DNA of 32,000 nucleotides. Source: an archaeon. GTDB lineage: Archaea > Iainarchaeota > Iainarchaeia > Iainarchaeales > CSSED10-239. Below, one piece after another: positions 18,024 to 27,246 of the stretch (position 1 is its first letter; every line of letters begins with the position of its first letter). The translations under genes were made by a program, and so were the position numbers. Below the pieces are notes generated by a model, which was not told the origin of the DNA, did not search any database, and was given only the letters and a program-made list of their open reading frames with translations. The stretch spans positions 1 to 32,000 of the forward strand of contig DAOOUC010000001.1 in the NCBI GenBank assembly GCA_035390665.1. Direction: 5' to 3'.

Positions 18024-20336
18024 ATGAAGATTGGTAACTATACTGTTGGAGATTATGTTGTTGATAATGAGGGGGGAAAGAAAAAGCTTGTCTTTGATTG
18101 TAGACATTGTGTTTACAATACTTCTATATCTGATGATCCGAGATGTAGATACCACGTCATGAAGATATTAGAAACCGTTGATGCTGATGAAGTTATTTTA
18201 GCTGAAGTTTATGAAAGAGTTTATACTCAAAAACAAATTTCATACTTAAGAGAAATGGTTGATCTTTTGCTTGATTTTGAAAATAGAGCTGTTTGGATTT
18301 CATCTCATCTTGGTGTGGATGATATTGATTGTGAAGAGTGCTATCCACAAAGACATAATAATATTATTAGATTTACAAGAGATCTTTTAGCATATGATCC
18401 TATTGCCTCATATATTTCACTTTTAAGAGAAATAGAAAACACAAGAAACAGAGGAGAAGAACAATCTGATAAACCTTGTTCTAAATGTTTTAAAGCCAAT
18501 CTAAAACACCTTCTTTCTTTAAGAGAACAATATGATTCTACTGATTTTATTAAAGCATTAAAACCAATTCTTACTAAAGTAAAAGACTTTAATGACTTAA
18601 CTGACATTTATAAAACACTATTTGAAGCACAAATTAAACCTGCTTTTATTGGCTCACAATTACTTAGAAGTGATGCAGAAAAATTCGAGCTTGTTGACGA
18701 ATATCCTGTTTTAACATCTAATGTTCAGATTTTTAAACACCCTGAAAAGGTTGAATTTATTTACAATATCAATCCTCCAGAGTACACTTTGTCTCCGGAT
18801 CATTATTTTGTTTTATCTAAAACAAAAGAAACTGTTGCTAACTATCAGCCAGGTAAAGTAACTTTAACTTCTGGAAGTGGAACACGAAAATATTTCCAAA
18901 GAATATATCAGAGCACAATTTCTGATGTTGCAAGAAGATATGGAATTAGTCTTTCACCAGATGACGTTATTTCACTTTCAGAAATTGTTACAAGATATAC
19001 TATTGGTTACGGGATATTAGAGATGGTTTTATCAGATAGAAGAGTAACAGATGTTTATATTGATTCTCCAATTGGTGGTAGACCAATCTATCTTGTGCAT
19101 TCACAATATGGCCAATGTCAAACAAATATTCTTTATACAGACAAAGAAGCAGAAAGCCTTATTGGAAAGATGAGAGCAATGTCTGGCAGACCATTTGATG
19201 ATGCTCATCCAATCTTAGACTTTGATATACCCGATCTTAACACAAGAGTTGCTGCTATTGGAAGGCCTCTAGCCACTGATGGTAATGCTTTTGCTTTTAG
19301 ATTACATAAAGATACTCCTTGGACTTTGCCTCAACTTATTAATTTTAAATCACTTAGCCCACTAGCTGCAGGATTATTATCTTTTTTTATTGATAATAAC
19401 TCTACTCTTTTAGTTGCAGGTTCTCGTGGTTCTGGTAAGACTTCTTTAATGACAGCTTTAATGCTTGAAATCTTACAGAATAAAAGAATTATTGTTCAGG
19501 AAGATACCCTCGAGTTACCAATTATGTATCTTAAAGATATTGGATTTAATGCTCAAAGACTTAAAACTAAATCAGCTGTTGGTGCTGGAGAAGAATCTGT
19601 TGAAGTTGAACCTGCTGATGCCTTAAGAACTGCTCTAAGACTTGGCGATTCTGCAATCATTGTTGGTGAAGTTAGAAGTGTTGAAGCAAAAGTTCTTTAT
19701 GAAGCAATGAGAGTTGGTGCTGCGGGAAACGTTGTTATGGGGACAATACACGCAGATTCTGCTTATGCTGTTTGGGATAGAGTTGTTAACGACCTAGAGG
19801 TTCCAACAACCTCTTTTAAAGCAACTGATTTGGTTGTTGTTGCAAGACCAATAAGATTTAAAGGCTCTTTAAAAAGTTATAGAAGAGTTGTTCAGATTAC
19901 TGAAGTTAAAAAACATTGGAATCAAGACCCAGATGCAGAAGGCGGACTTCTTGATATTATGACTTATGATGCAAGTAAAGACTCATTAATACTTAATGAA
20001 GATGCACTTAAGGATTCTGATCTTTTTACAAAGATTTCTACTCTTTCAGGTTTAACTATTGAAGAAATCTGGGATAATATTAAGATGCTTGCAGGAGAAA
20101 AAGAATATCAAGTAGAACTTGCAAGAGAACTTAAATGTATTGAGCTACTTGAAGCAGAAAACACTGTTGCTGCACACAACAAGCTATTGATACTTAAAGA
20201 AGAATGGATAGAAGACCATGGAAAAGTCAATTATTCAGAGCTACTTACAGAATGGAAGAGATGGTATAAAGAAGACTTCTGCCCAAAGATTGTAAAAAGA
20301 ATAAACGAGAATAAAGAAAAGGAAAAAGAAGAATAA
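18024..20336 (+). CDS. Type II/IV secretion-system ATPase (VirB11/TadA/GspE-like)
   Basis: 770 aa; Walker A VAGSRGSGKTSLMTA; EDTLELP; GDSAIIVGEVRSVEAKVLYEAMRVGAAGNVVMGTIHADSA. N-terminal Cys motifs CRHC, CEEC, CSKC. Confidence 0.92.
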   Translation: MKIGNYTVGDYVVDNEGGKKKLVFDCRHCVYNTSISDDPRCRYHVMKILETVDADEVILAEVYERVYTQKQISYLREMVDLLLDFENRAVWISSHLGVDDIDCEECYPQRHNNIIRFTRDLLAYDPIASYISLLREIENTRNRGEEQSDKPCSKCFKANLKHLLSLREQYDSTDFIKALKPILTKVKDFNDLTDIYKTLFEAQIKPAFIGSQLLRSDAEKFELVDEYPVLTSNVQIFKHPEKVEFIYNINPPEYTLSPDHYFVLSKTKETVANYQPGKVTLTSGSGTRKYFQRIYQSTISDVARRYGISLSPDDVISLSEIVTRYTIGYGILEMVLSDRRVTDVYIDSPIGGRPIYLVHSQYGQCQTNILYTDKEAESLIGKMRAMSGRPFDDAHPILDFDIPDLNTRVAAIGRPLATDGNAFAFRLHKDTPWTLPQLINFKSLSPLAAGLLSFFIDNNSTLLVAGSRGSGKTSLMTALMLEILQNKRIIVQEDTLELPIMYLKDIGFNAQRLKTKSAVGAGEESVEVEPADALRTALRLGDSAIIVGEVRSVEAKVLYEAMRVGAAGNVVMGTIHADSAYAVWDRVVNDLEVPTTSFKATDLVVVARPIRFKGSLKSYRRVVQITEVKKHWNQDPDAEGGLLDIMTYDASKDSLILNEDALKDSDLFTKISTLSGLTIEEIWDNIKMLAGEKEYQVELARELKCIELLEAENTVAAHNKLLILKEEWIEDHGKVNYSELLTEWKRWYKEDFCPKIVKRINENKEKEKEE

Positions 20337-20340
20337 CTAA

Positions 20341-21246
20341 CTAAGCAGAATACTTTATTATTTTCTTTTTAGGACTAAGTAATTTCTTTTGCTTCTCTTC
20401 TAATTTTTTCTTTTCAGAAAAGTAGTTGTCTTTTGTAACTACTTTTTGATAGGTTTTTGATTCTAGTTCTTTTCTTGCATTCTTTGCTATTCCTCCACCA
20501 ATTATTCCTGACTCTTTGTTTTCTGTAAAACCTGTTGATTTTGTGGATTCTGCAACTTTTCTTGTTGATAATTCTGCTAGGGCTGTAAAAATAATTTCTG
20601 CATCAGTCATGTGATCTCTTAAATTGTCTTTATCTATGCCTTTTAGTTTTTTATGTTCTTTAACTGTTAAATCTGACCACTCTTGATGTATTATGTTTGT
20701 TAATATAGCATATTCCTCTGGAGTTTTAATCTCGTGGTTCTTCCAATAATTTGTTAATTTGTTTCTTATTTCTTGACCAAGCATTCTTTGTTGTATCCAT
20801 TGCTCGTCATAACCTTTTTGTAGCCAGATATTTCTGGCTCTGTTTATGGCTAATTCTGGATCGATTATTTCTTTTATTCTTTGATTACCAACTCTAGCAA
20901 GCCAAAGTTTGAATGGTTCTGCTTTCTTTGAAGGAATTGATTGTATTATTCTAAATATTCCTTCCAAGTTTGCACAATCTGTTTCATAAAATTTGCCATC
21001 AGAAGATTGTAATTTCAGTTGTACGATTTTACCGTACAACTGATTATTAGTTGTAACCACTTCGCTTCCTTCTTCTTTCAGTTTTATTTTAAGATCTGAC
21101 CAATATCTCTTTGGCTCAGAACTTTCAGTTAATGCCCTTACCACATCTACTACAGAGTACCACCAATCTTCTTGATGCCACATCCGTCTTATATTTTTAT
21201 CTTCAAAAACCTCAATTTGATTTATATCACTCATCTTGATCACCAA
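20341..21246 (-). CDS. Bro-N-like (phage antirepressor / DinD-like) protein
   Basis: 301 aa; KNIRRMWHQEDWWYSVVDVVRALTESSEPKRYWSDLKIKLKEEG...LQSSDGKFYETDCANLEGIFRIIQSIPSKKAEPFKLWLARVGNQRI. Start may be the internal MSDINQ (21234), which would be a leaderless start 27 nt from a TTATAA box. Confidence 0.85.
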   Translation of the reverse strand: MVIKMSDINQIEVFEDKNIRRMWHQEDWWYSVVDVVRALTESSEPKRYWSDLKIKLKEEGSEVVTTNNQLYGKIVQLKLQSSDGKFYETDCANLEGIFRIIQSIPSKKAEPFKLWLARVGNQRIKEIIDPELAINRARNIWLQKGYDEQWIQQRMLGQEIRNKLTNYWKNHEIKTPEEYAILTNIIHQEWSDLTVKEHKKLKGIDKDNLRDHMTDAEIIFTALAELSTRKVAESTKSTGFTENKESGIIGGGIAKNARKELESKTYQKVVTKDNYFSEKKKLEEKQKKLLSPKKKIIKYSA

Positions 21247-21276
21247 TAATATAGTAGCGATTATAAGAAGGGGGTA

Positions 21277-21433
21277 TTTTCGGGAGGGTAGCTGTCCAGT
21301 GCAACCGGTTGCGGTCTCATAAAAAATCCTAATTTTTTAGGATCCTAAAAAGTCTTTGACTTTTTTTGAGGTTGGCGCCCAGCCTGGTTGTGTGTTGTTC
21401 TACTAACCCCTTTAGAAAAGTTGTTGCGATCCC
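21277..21433 (+). ncRNA. Candidate structured ncRNA, copy B
   Basis: Block 1 TTTTCGGGAGGGTAGCTGTCCAGTGC (1 mismatch to A and C); block 2 TTGTGTGTTGTTCTACT at 21388; hairpins ATCCTAA/TTAGGAT (21326-21343), AAAAAGTC/GACTTTTT (21347-21365) and AGGTTG/CAGCCT; TATA-like TAATATAG at 21247-21254. Confidence 0.5.
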
Positions 21434-21533
21434 AAAAACTACGATTTAAAGAAATGTTTGTTGTTTTCTTGAGAATTAGACATATGAAAATTTCAAATTA
21501 ACAAAATTAAAAAAATAGAAAAAAGGAAGAACT

Positions 21534-21764
21534 TTATTTCTTCTTTTTTTTACTTGATTTTTTTATTTTAGTTTTGGCTTGCTTTTTCTTTTTAGAGAAA
21601 ACAAAGATATATAGCAATGGCAATATACCTGCAGTATTAAAAATAAAAATAAACACAAACCAAATAAGGTGATTATTTTTACCTGCCTTCCATAAAGCTA
21701 TACCTTTCCAAACCATTTCCCATATTGCTAAAAGAACAAATGCAATTAGAACGAATGTATCCAT
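21534..21764 (-). CDS. Small DUF5652/PLDc_N-like membrane protein
   Basis: 76 aa; LLAIWEMVWKGIALWKAGKNNHLIWFVFIFIFNTAGILPLLYIFVFSKKK; GGAGGG Shine-Dalgarno (21774-21779) upstream. Confidence 0.75.
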   Translation of the reverse strand: MDTFVLIAFVLLAIWEMVWKGIALWKAGKNNHLIWFVFIFIFNTAGILPLLYIFVFSKKKKQAKTKIKKSSKKKKK

Positions 21765-21962
21765 AGTAGTTATCCCTCCTTAAAACAATTTAATTAAAAA
21801 CTTTTAAAAATGGAACTGTAAGCAATATTTTCAGTATATATTTAAAATATTTAAAATAAAGATAATAATCTATAATCTGTTTGGTAGAAACAAAAAGAAA
21901 GTCAATAAAAGATGAAAACTCTTGACTACGACACCCTGTATCATCTGCAGAAAAATCTTAAA

Positions 21963-23159
21963 CTAATATAAAAATCCAAATAGAAACAATGGGATTTTAT
22001 TACCATCACAAGCTAAACTATCTACTACTAAATAGTCTGCTTTTTGCTTGTTTTTTTTATTTTCTCCACCAACTTCAAAGACTTTATTATTTATCATAAA
22101 ATCCGCAGATTTCTCTTTACCTGTCTTAATATAACACTCAGCATTACTTAAATATACAAAAAAATCTTCTCTAAGTGAGCCAAGATTTGGATTTTTATTT
22201 AAGGTGTGATTAAAAAAATATCTAAATGGCAAATTAAGAAATATTTTAGGATCTGTTCTTATTAGTGGATATCCTGAATTACAAGATCTTAGTTGTTTTA
22301 AAATATTTATTTTTTCTAAATCTGCAATTATAGCTACAATTGTATTTCTACTCACTCCATTTATAGATTTGGATAAATTTGAATAACTCATTTCAAATGG
22401 AGCAGATGTAGATAATAGATATAAAATGTTATATATGTCTGTTTCAACTTTCGGATTTATAGATCTTAAGTTACTGATGTCTGAATATATTATTTTTTTA
22501 AAAATATTATCTATTGATTTATAAAATTCAGAGATATCTTTACTTTTATTATATAGAAAACCACCGAATTTGCAATAATCAGTATAATAATCATAATATA
22601 TTGAATAATTATTTACTAATGTTTTTCTTTTTTTATTATCTAGTAAGTCTTCTTGCTTTATTGGTTCTATATTTTTATCATACATTATGTTAATGTATTC
22701 TCTTAGGGATGCTTGTTTTAATTCATATAATAAAACCCTTCTTGATAAGTCTGCGCCCTTTAATATATTTAGAGAAGAAGAACTTGTAAAATAAATTTTT
22801 ACTTTTTCTTCATCATAAATATTTTTTAAATGTTGTTGCCAATTTTCTTTGTAAGCTATTTCATCTATAAATATGTTTTTATATTCTTTTTTTATTAAAA
22901 ATTTTAAAATATCATAAAGGCTATATTTAGATAAATATATAGAATCTGCTGAGAAATAAATTGCATCTTTTTTTTTGTCAAATAATTGTAATAGTAATAT
23001 TGTTTTACCAATTCCTCGTAAACCAGTTATTCCTATAAAATAATCAGAATTATAATTTACTAGATCATTATAAAGATATCTAGTTTTTGGATATCCCTTA
23101 ACTACTTCTTTTTTATTTTGACTTTCTTGAAACATTTTAGAAAAGATAACTTCATTCAT
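21963..23159 (-). CDS. AAA-family ATPase (AAA_14/DUF4143-like)
   Basis: 398 aa; Walker A IGITGLRGIGKTILLLQLF, Walker B YKNIFIDEIAYKENWQQHLK, sensor IYFTSSSSLN; C-terminal REDFFVYLSN...KSADFMINNKVFEVGG. Confidence 0.85.
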   Translation of the reverse strand: MNEVIFSKMFQESQNKKEVVKGYPKTRYLYNDLVNYNSDYFIGITGLRGIGKTILLLQLFDKKKDAIYFSADSIYLSKYSLYDILKFLIKKEYKNIFIDEIAYKENWQQHLKNIYDEEKVKIYFTSSSSLNILKGADLSRRVLLYELKQASLREYINIMYDKNIEPIKQEDLLDNKKRKTLVNNYSIYYDYYTDYCKFGGFLYNKSKDISEFYKSIDNIFKKIIYSDISNLRSINPKVETDIYNILYLLSTSAPFEMSYSNLSKSINGVSRNTIVAIIADLEKINILKQLRSCNSGYPLIRTDPKIFLNLPFRYFFNHTLNKNPNLGSLREDFFVYLSNAECYIKTGKEKSADFMINNKVFEVGGENKKNKQKADYLVVDSLACDGNKIPLFLFGFLY

Positions 23160-23270
23160 TATTATTCACAAATATATATGAGTGAAAAGGTTTTTAAATA
23201 TGTCAGAGGATTGACAGAAAATGAGTTTTTTTAGTCAATCTCTTGACAATATAGATTAGCCTGTGCTTTT

Positions 23271-23297
23271 TAAAAGTGTCATTGAAAATGACGCTTT
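23271..23297. terminator. Candidate terminator/processing hairpin downstream of the S-layer gene
   Basis: AAAAGTGTCATT-GAA-AATGACGCTTTT, 12 pairs with one G.U; flanked by T-runs. Confidence 0.45.
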
Positions 23298-23474
23298 TTT
23301 CATTTTTTTGTCATTTAAAGTGACAGATTTAAGTTATTTAAAATTATAATAATTTAGTCTTATAGTAAGAATAAAAATAAACTACAGACATAAAAAGAAT
23401 TAAAATTTAAACTAAAAGAAAAAAGAAAGAAAGTTAATAGAATTTCTTCTATTAACTTATATTGTGTTTTCTAC

Positions 23475-25838
23475 TTATTGTATTGCTGTGATGAAAGCTC
23501 TTGTAGCTGCACCTGTATCATCTGCAGTGAAACCAGCAACAACTATGTTACCTGTTGTAGTATCTTTACCCATTACCCATTGACCTGCTTGTGTTAAGTA
23601 ATCGTTTGTTACACCAACAGCTAACTTGTTAGCTAAGTGACCACCGACTATGATCTTTGTACCAGCAACTGAAGCTAAATCAGACTTTACTAAGTTGATT
23701 GGATCAACATTTGCAGGAACTGTTGTTGTGTATGAACCTGTAGTTGCATCTGTTCCTTCTGTTCCTTCTGTTGTTGTTGTTCCGTTACCTACGAAAACTT
23801 TTCCATATAATTTATCTTCAGGAACTGTTGCTGTAAATGTTCCACCGTCTACTTCTAACTTAGTACCCCATGTTGTATAACCGAATCTCAAATCGTCTGT
23901 TTCTTCTTGATTTAATGTGAATCCTGTTGCTACAACTTGATCTAATCCTGCTTCGTAAGAGGAGTCGTCTGTATCAACTAATTCTCCAGTATATGCATCA
24001 ATATATGCTACTGCAGTTTGTGAAGAATCATCTATTGTTAATGAAAACATAGATTCCATATCTGTGTCTGTTACTGTTGTTGCGCCAACATTTGTTGCAC
24101 CAACATATGTATCTGCATTTGCATCATCTGTGCCTATATCGTAGTAGATTTTACTTACTGTCCATGATTGACTAGATTCTAATGTATCTGTTGCGCCGTC
24201 TTTTAAAGCAACAGCTAATTCTGTTATTGTGTCTGTATCTTCGTTTAAGAATACACCGTATGCTATCTTTTTAGTCTCGTTGTTATATAATGGGATTGTT
24301 ATATCTACGAATCCAACGAAATCATCTGCTTCTCCATCTGATGCATTTCCATCGAAATAGAATTTTTCTGTAGCTGCAGGGGTTGCTGTAGATTTCCATG
24401 ACCAACTGCTAGCTGTAGATAAGAATTTACCGTCGTCATTTTCTAATTGAACGGTGAAATATCCTGATTCCTTTGTACCGGTTTGTGTTAAATCATCGTC
24501 TGTATAGAATTCGAAGTATAAATTTTTTCCATCGATTTCTTTTGTTGTTGTATAATTGTCTCCATCTGCATAAGTGCTGTCGTCGTGTTCATAGATAAAT
24601 ATATCGTGATCATCGTCGCTTGCATCAGTATATGAAAGATATCCGTTTTCAACAATTACTTGTTTACTTGATTCATCACTTAATCCTAAGAAATTTATTT
24701 TTGCAAAGTTGTTTGGTAATGAAATTTCATCTCCAACTTTAAGTGCATCATCATCTTTATAACGTATATCTTGATCATCATTATAGAAACTGATTGTAGT
24801 TACTGTGTCTCCAGAAGAATATGACCCCTCTGCATTAAATTGAACTTTCCATAATTCGTCTCCTATTTCTGGGAAGTCTTCAACAATTTGTCCATCAGTT
24901 AAATCAATTCTTGCACTTGTTCCTGAAACAACAGTTACTCTTGAATTATATACTGTGTCTATTTCTGTATCTATGTCTAAGTAATCATCAAAGATAGTAT
25001 CTCCATCGCCATAGACTTCTGTTGCTAATGTAGTTCCATCTTTACTTATTGACATTTCAACTTCGTATTGTGTTCCTGATGATGAACTCTCTAATATTTC
25101 TTCTATTGTTACAGTATAGTCTTCAACTTCAAAAGATGCACCTACAGTATATGGTATTGTTGCTTTATTTTGTACTAAGGTCATTGTATTTGTGGTATAA
25201 TCTTCTAATGTATATTGTTTACCGAATATATTGAATTTTAAGTCGGGACTTCCGTTATCTGTAGCATTTACATCTATTCCTGGAGTAAACTCTATTCTAT
25301 ACTCTATACCTTCTTTATCAATTGCTGCGGTTAAATCTGCTATGTCTTTATCGTCATCAAATGAAACAGTGGATGTAATATCTAATTTTTCTTTGACATT
25401 TATTGTATCGTCACCAAATTCTTCATCATCTACTCTTACATCATAATCTCCAAGTAGCGTGTAGTCGCCATCATCTAATTCTAATGTTCTTGAATTGCCT
25501 AAATCAAACAAATCGTCACTTAATTTACCGTCTCCGGAAACTGTTGTTGTTCCTGTTGTTCCTTCTGTGCCTGGAATCTCGTATGTGTGTGTCTCGGTTG
25601 TGTATGCTTTAGATGCAATTGCTGCTGCAATGTTACCTGCCCAGATTGAATCTGCTGCTTGTGATTCGTTTCCAACTATTATTGTTGCTGTTGGCATTCC
25701 GTTTGTGCCGATTACGTCGCCCTTTACTACTGGACTACCGAAATCAACTTGTGCTGCTACTGCTGCACCTAAGAAACTTGCACCTACTGCAAGTGCTGCT
25801 GCGCCAGCAATAACTTTTTTTGTATTTATATTCTTCAT
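23475..25838 (-). CDS. S-layer protein
   Basis: 787 aa; signal peptide MKNINTKKVIAGAAALAVGASFLGAAVAA; VDFGSPVVKGDVIGTNGMPTATIIVGNESQAADSIWAGNIAAAIA resembles methanogen-type S-layer proteins; acidic, Thr/Asp-rich; strong GGAGG at 25846-25850. Confidence 0.92.
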   Translation of the reverse strand: MKNINTKKVIAGAAALAVGASFLGAAVAAQVDFGSPVVKGDVIGTNGMPTATIIVGNESQAADSIWAGNIAAAIASKAYTTETHTYEIPGTEGTTGTTTVSGDGKLSDDLFDLGNSRTLELDDGDYTLLGDYDVRVDDEEFGDDTINVKEKLDITSTVSFDDDKDIADLTAAIDKEGIEYRIEFTPGIDVNATDNGSPDLKFNIFGKQYTLEDYTTNTMTLVQNKATIPYTVGASFEVEDYTVTIEEILESSSSGTQYEVEMSISKDGTTLATEVYGDGDTIFDDYLDIDTEIDTVYNSRVTVVSGTSARIDLTDGQIVEDFPEIGDELWKVQFNAEGSYSSGDTVTTISFYNDDQDIRYKDDDALKVGDEISLPNNFAKINFLGLSDESSKQVIVENGYLSYTDASDDDHDIFIYEHDDSTYADGDNYTTTKEIDGKNLYFEFYTDDDLTQTGTKESGYFTVQLENDDGKFLSTASSWSWKSTATPAATEKFYFDGNASDGEADDFVGFVDITIPLYNNETKKIAYGVFLNEDTDTITELAVALKDGATDTLESSQSWTVSKIYYDIGTDDANADTYVGATNVGATTVTDTDMESMFSLTIDDSSQTAVAYIDAYTGELVDTDDSSYEAGLDQVVATGFTLNQEETDDLRFGYTTWGTKLEVDGGTFTATVPEDKLYGKVFVGNGTTTTEGTEGTDATTGSYTTTVPANVDPINLVKSDLASVAGTKIIVGGHLANKLAVGVTNDYLTQAGQWVMGKDTTTGNIVVAGFTADDTGAATRAFITAIQ

Positions 25839-25845
25839 TTTATTT

Positions 25846-25990
25846 CCTCCATTGTTGATTTTCTTTTTCTAGAAAAGAAAACCGTTTTGTTTTATGAAGA
25901 TTGAATCTGCATTTATGTTTTGACCTAAAAAAATAAAACGGTACTAAACAGATTCACACTAATGTCTCGAAGTAATTACTTCAAGATATA
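25846..25990 (-). promoter_or_regulatory. Probable long structured 5' leader of the S-layer gene
   Basis: GGAGG 7 nt before the ATG; interleaved complementary pairs ACCGTTTT/AAAACGGT and GAATCTG/CAGATTC; 14-nt palindrome GAAGTAATTACTTC (25969-25982); TATA box TTTATAAA at 26012-26019. Confidence 0.5.
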
Positions 25991-26258
25991 AGACTTTATT
26001 GTGGAATAATGTTTATAAATGGTTTGTTTTTGGATTGTTAACAACTGGTGCTTATAAATGCATGCAGAGAAAGGGATTACAGGAAATATTGGTTGTTTGG
26101 TTATGTATAACTAACTACTAAAAAGCTAATTTTTAAAAAAAATTAAAAGTAAGAGACTAATATATATATAATATATTATAAAAGAGAAATAAGATTACAA
26201 AAATCCCTGTAAGACTTATATCTTTTTCTGCCCTTTCTTCTTTAGATATATCTCTAAC

Positions 26259-27215
26259 TTAATCTAATCTGTCTAATATGGTTAATGAATCTTTATCTAG
26301 TTTTGAAAATGCAACCCATCTTTTGCCAAGATCTTTAATGGATGCACCTAAATGATATATTTCTTTTTTATCAAGAATTAAAAAACGATCATGGCTTTTA
26401 GTAAAGTGCTTTAGTTTAATATTTGAATATTGATTGTTATATTTCTCCAAATCAAGTTTAAGTTTTTCTGTAATTTTATCTGTATATATTGTAATTTCTA
26501 TATTTTTTAGATTTGAAAATAGCACAAGAACTGATTCATCTATGTAGTTATCTATAAGAATTATTGATTTATTTGCATTTTTAAAAAGATTATTAATAAA
26601 TAGGTAAGCGTCAAATATTTGACCATCATAAAAAACACCTTGTGTTTTTAACACACTTTTATTTGAAATTGCATCAAATATCTTTTCTACTTTTTTATCA
26701 GTTTCTATTTGTTTGTTTTCTAAATTATCTACTCTTACAAACAAATCAGCATTTTTGTGTATTAATTGCCTCATAGAAATAAAGGCACGCATTATGTAAA
26801 TATTTATCAATATTGCCCTTTTACTTTTTAAAACTCCAGAAAGCATTGCTATGCCTTGTTCAGTAAAAACGAATGGAAGTTTACGTTTCCCGCCCCATTC
26901 TAAACTTGAAGTCACAAATTGTGACTTCAAGATTTTTGAGTTTTGGTTTGAGATTGCAAATTGTGACATCAAACGATTATCATCAATACTAGCATTTTCA
27001 GTTAATTCCATCAGAATTTCAAATTCCTTAGAAGTTAATTGAAACATAAAATCTTCAGGAAATCTATCACTGTTTCTCTTAACGGCCTGATTCAATACTT
27101 TAGTAGGGACACCATAAAGTTCTGCAAGATCGCTGTCAAGCATTACTTTTGTGTTTCTTACCGTGTGTATTTTACTAGTTAAGTTTTCTACAAGTACTAA
27201 ATTATCTGAAGTCAT
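26259..27215 (-). CDS. ORF6N-domain (KilA-N superfamily) protein with a PLD-like C-terminal domain
   Basis: 318 aa; VMLDSDLAELYGVPTKVLNQAVKRNSDRFPEDFMFQLTSKEF...RGKRKLPFVFTEQGIAMLSGVL-type ORF6N signature; C-terminal SIILIDNYIDESVLVLFSNLK...HDRFLILDKKEIYHLGASIKDLGK. Confidence 0.9.
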   Translation of the reverse strand: MTSDNLVLVENLTSKIHTVRNTKVMLDSDLAELYGVPTKVLNQAVKRNSDRFPEDFMFQLTSKEFEILMELTENASIDDNRLMSQFAISNQNSKILKSQFVTSSLEWGGKRKLPFVFTEQGIAMLSGVLKSKRAILINIYIMRAFISMRQLIHKNADLFVRVDNLENKQIETDKKVEKIFDAISNKSVLKTQGVFYDGQIFDAYLFINNLFKNANKSIILIDNYIDESVLVLFSNLKNIEITIYTDKITEKLKLDLEKYNNQYSNIKLKHFTKSHDRFLILDKKEIYHLGASIKDLGKRWVAFSKLDKDSLTILDRLD

Positions 27216-27246
27216 AAATATATATTGTTTTCAAAAAAAGGCATTG

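Noticed and set aside
24949-25872. ORFs opposite the S-layer gene (25049..25234, 25231..25446, 25403..25612, 25495..25872 and 25613..25813)
   Set aside because: Biased-composition antisense or shadow ORFs (Leu/His/Arg-rich or Val/Ser/Pro-rich) over a well-supported CDS.
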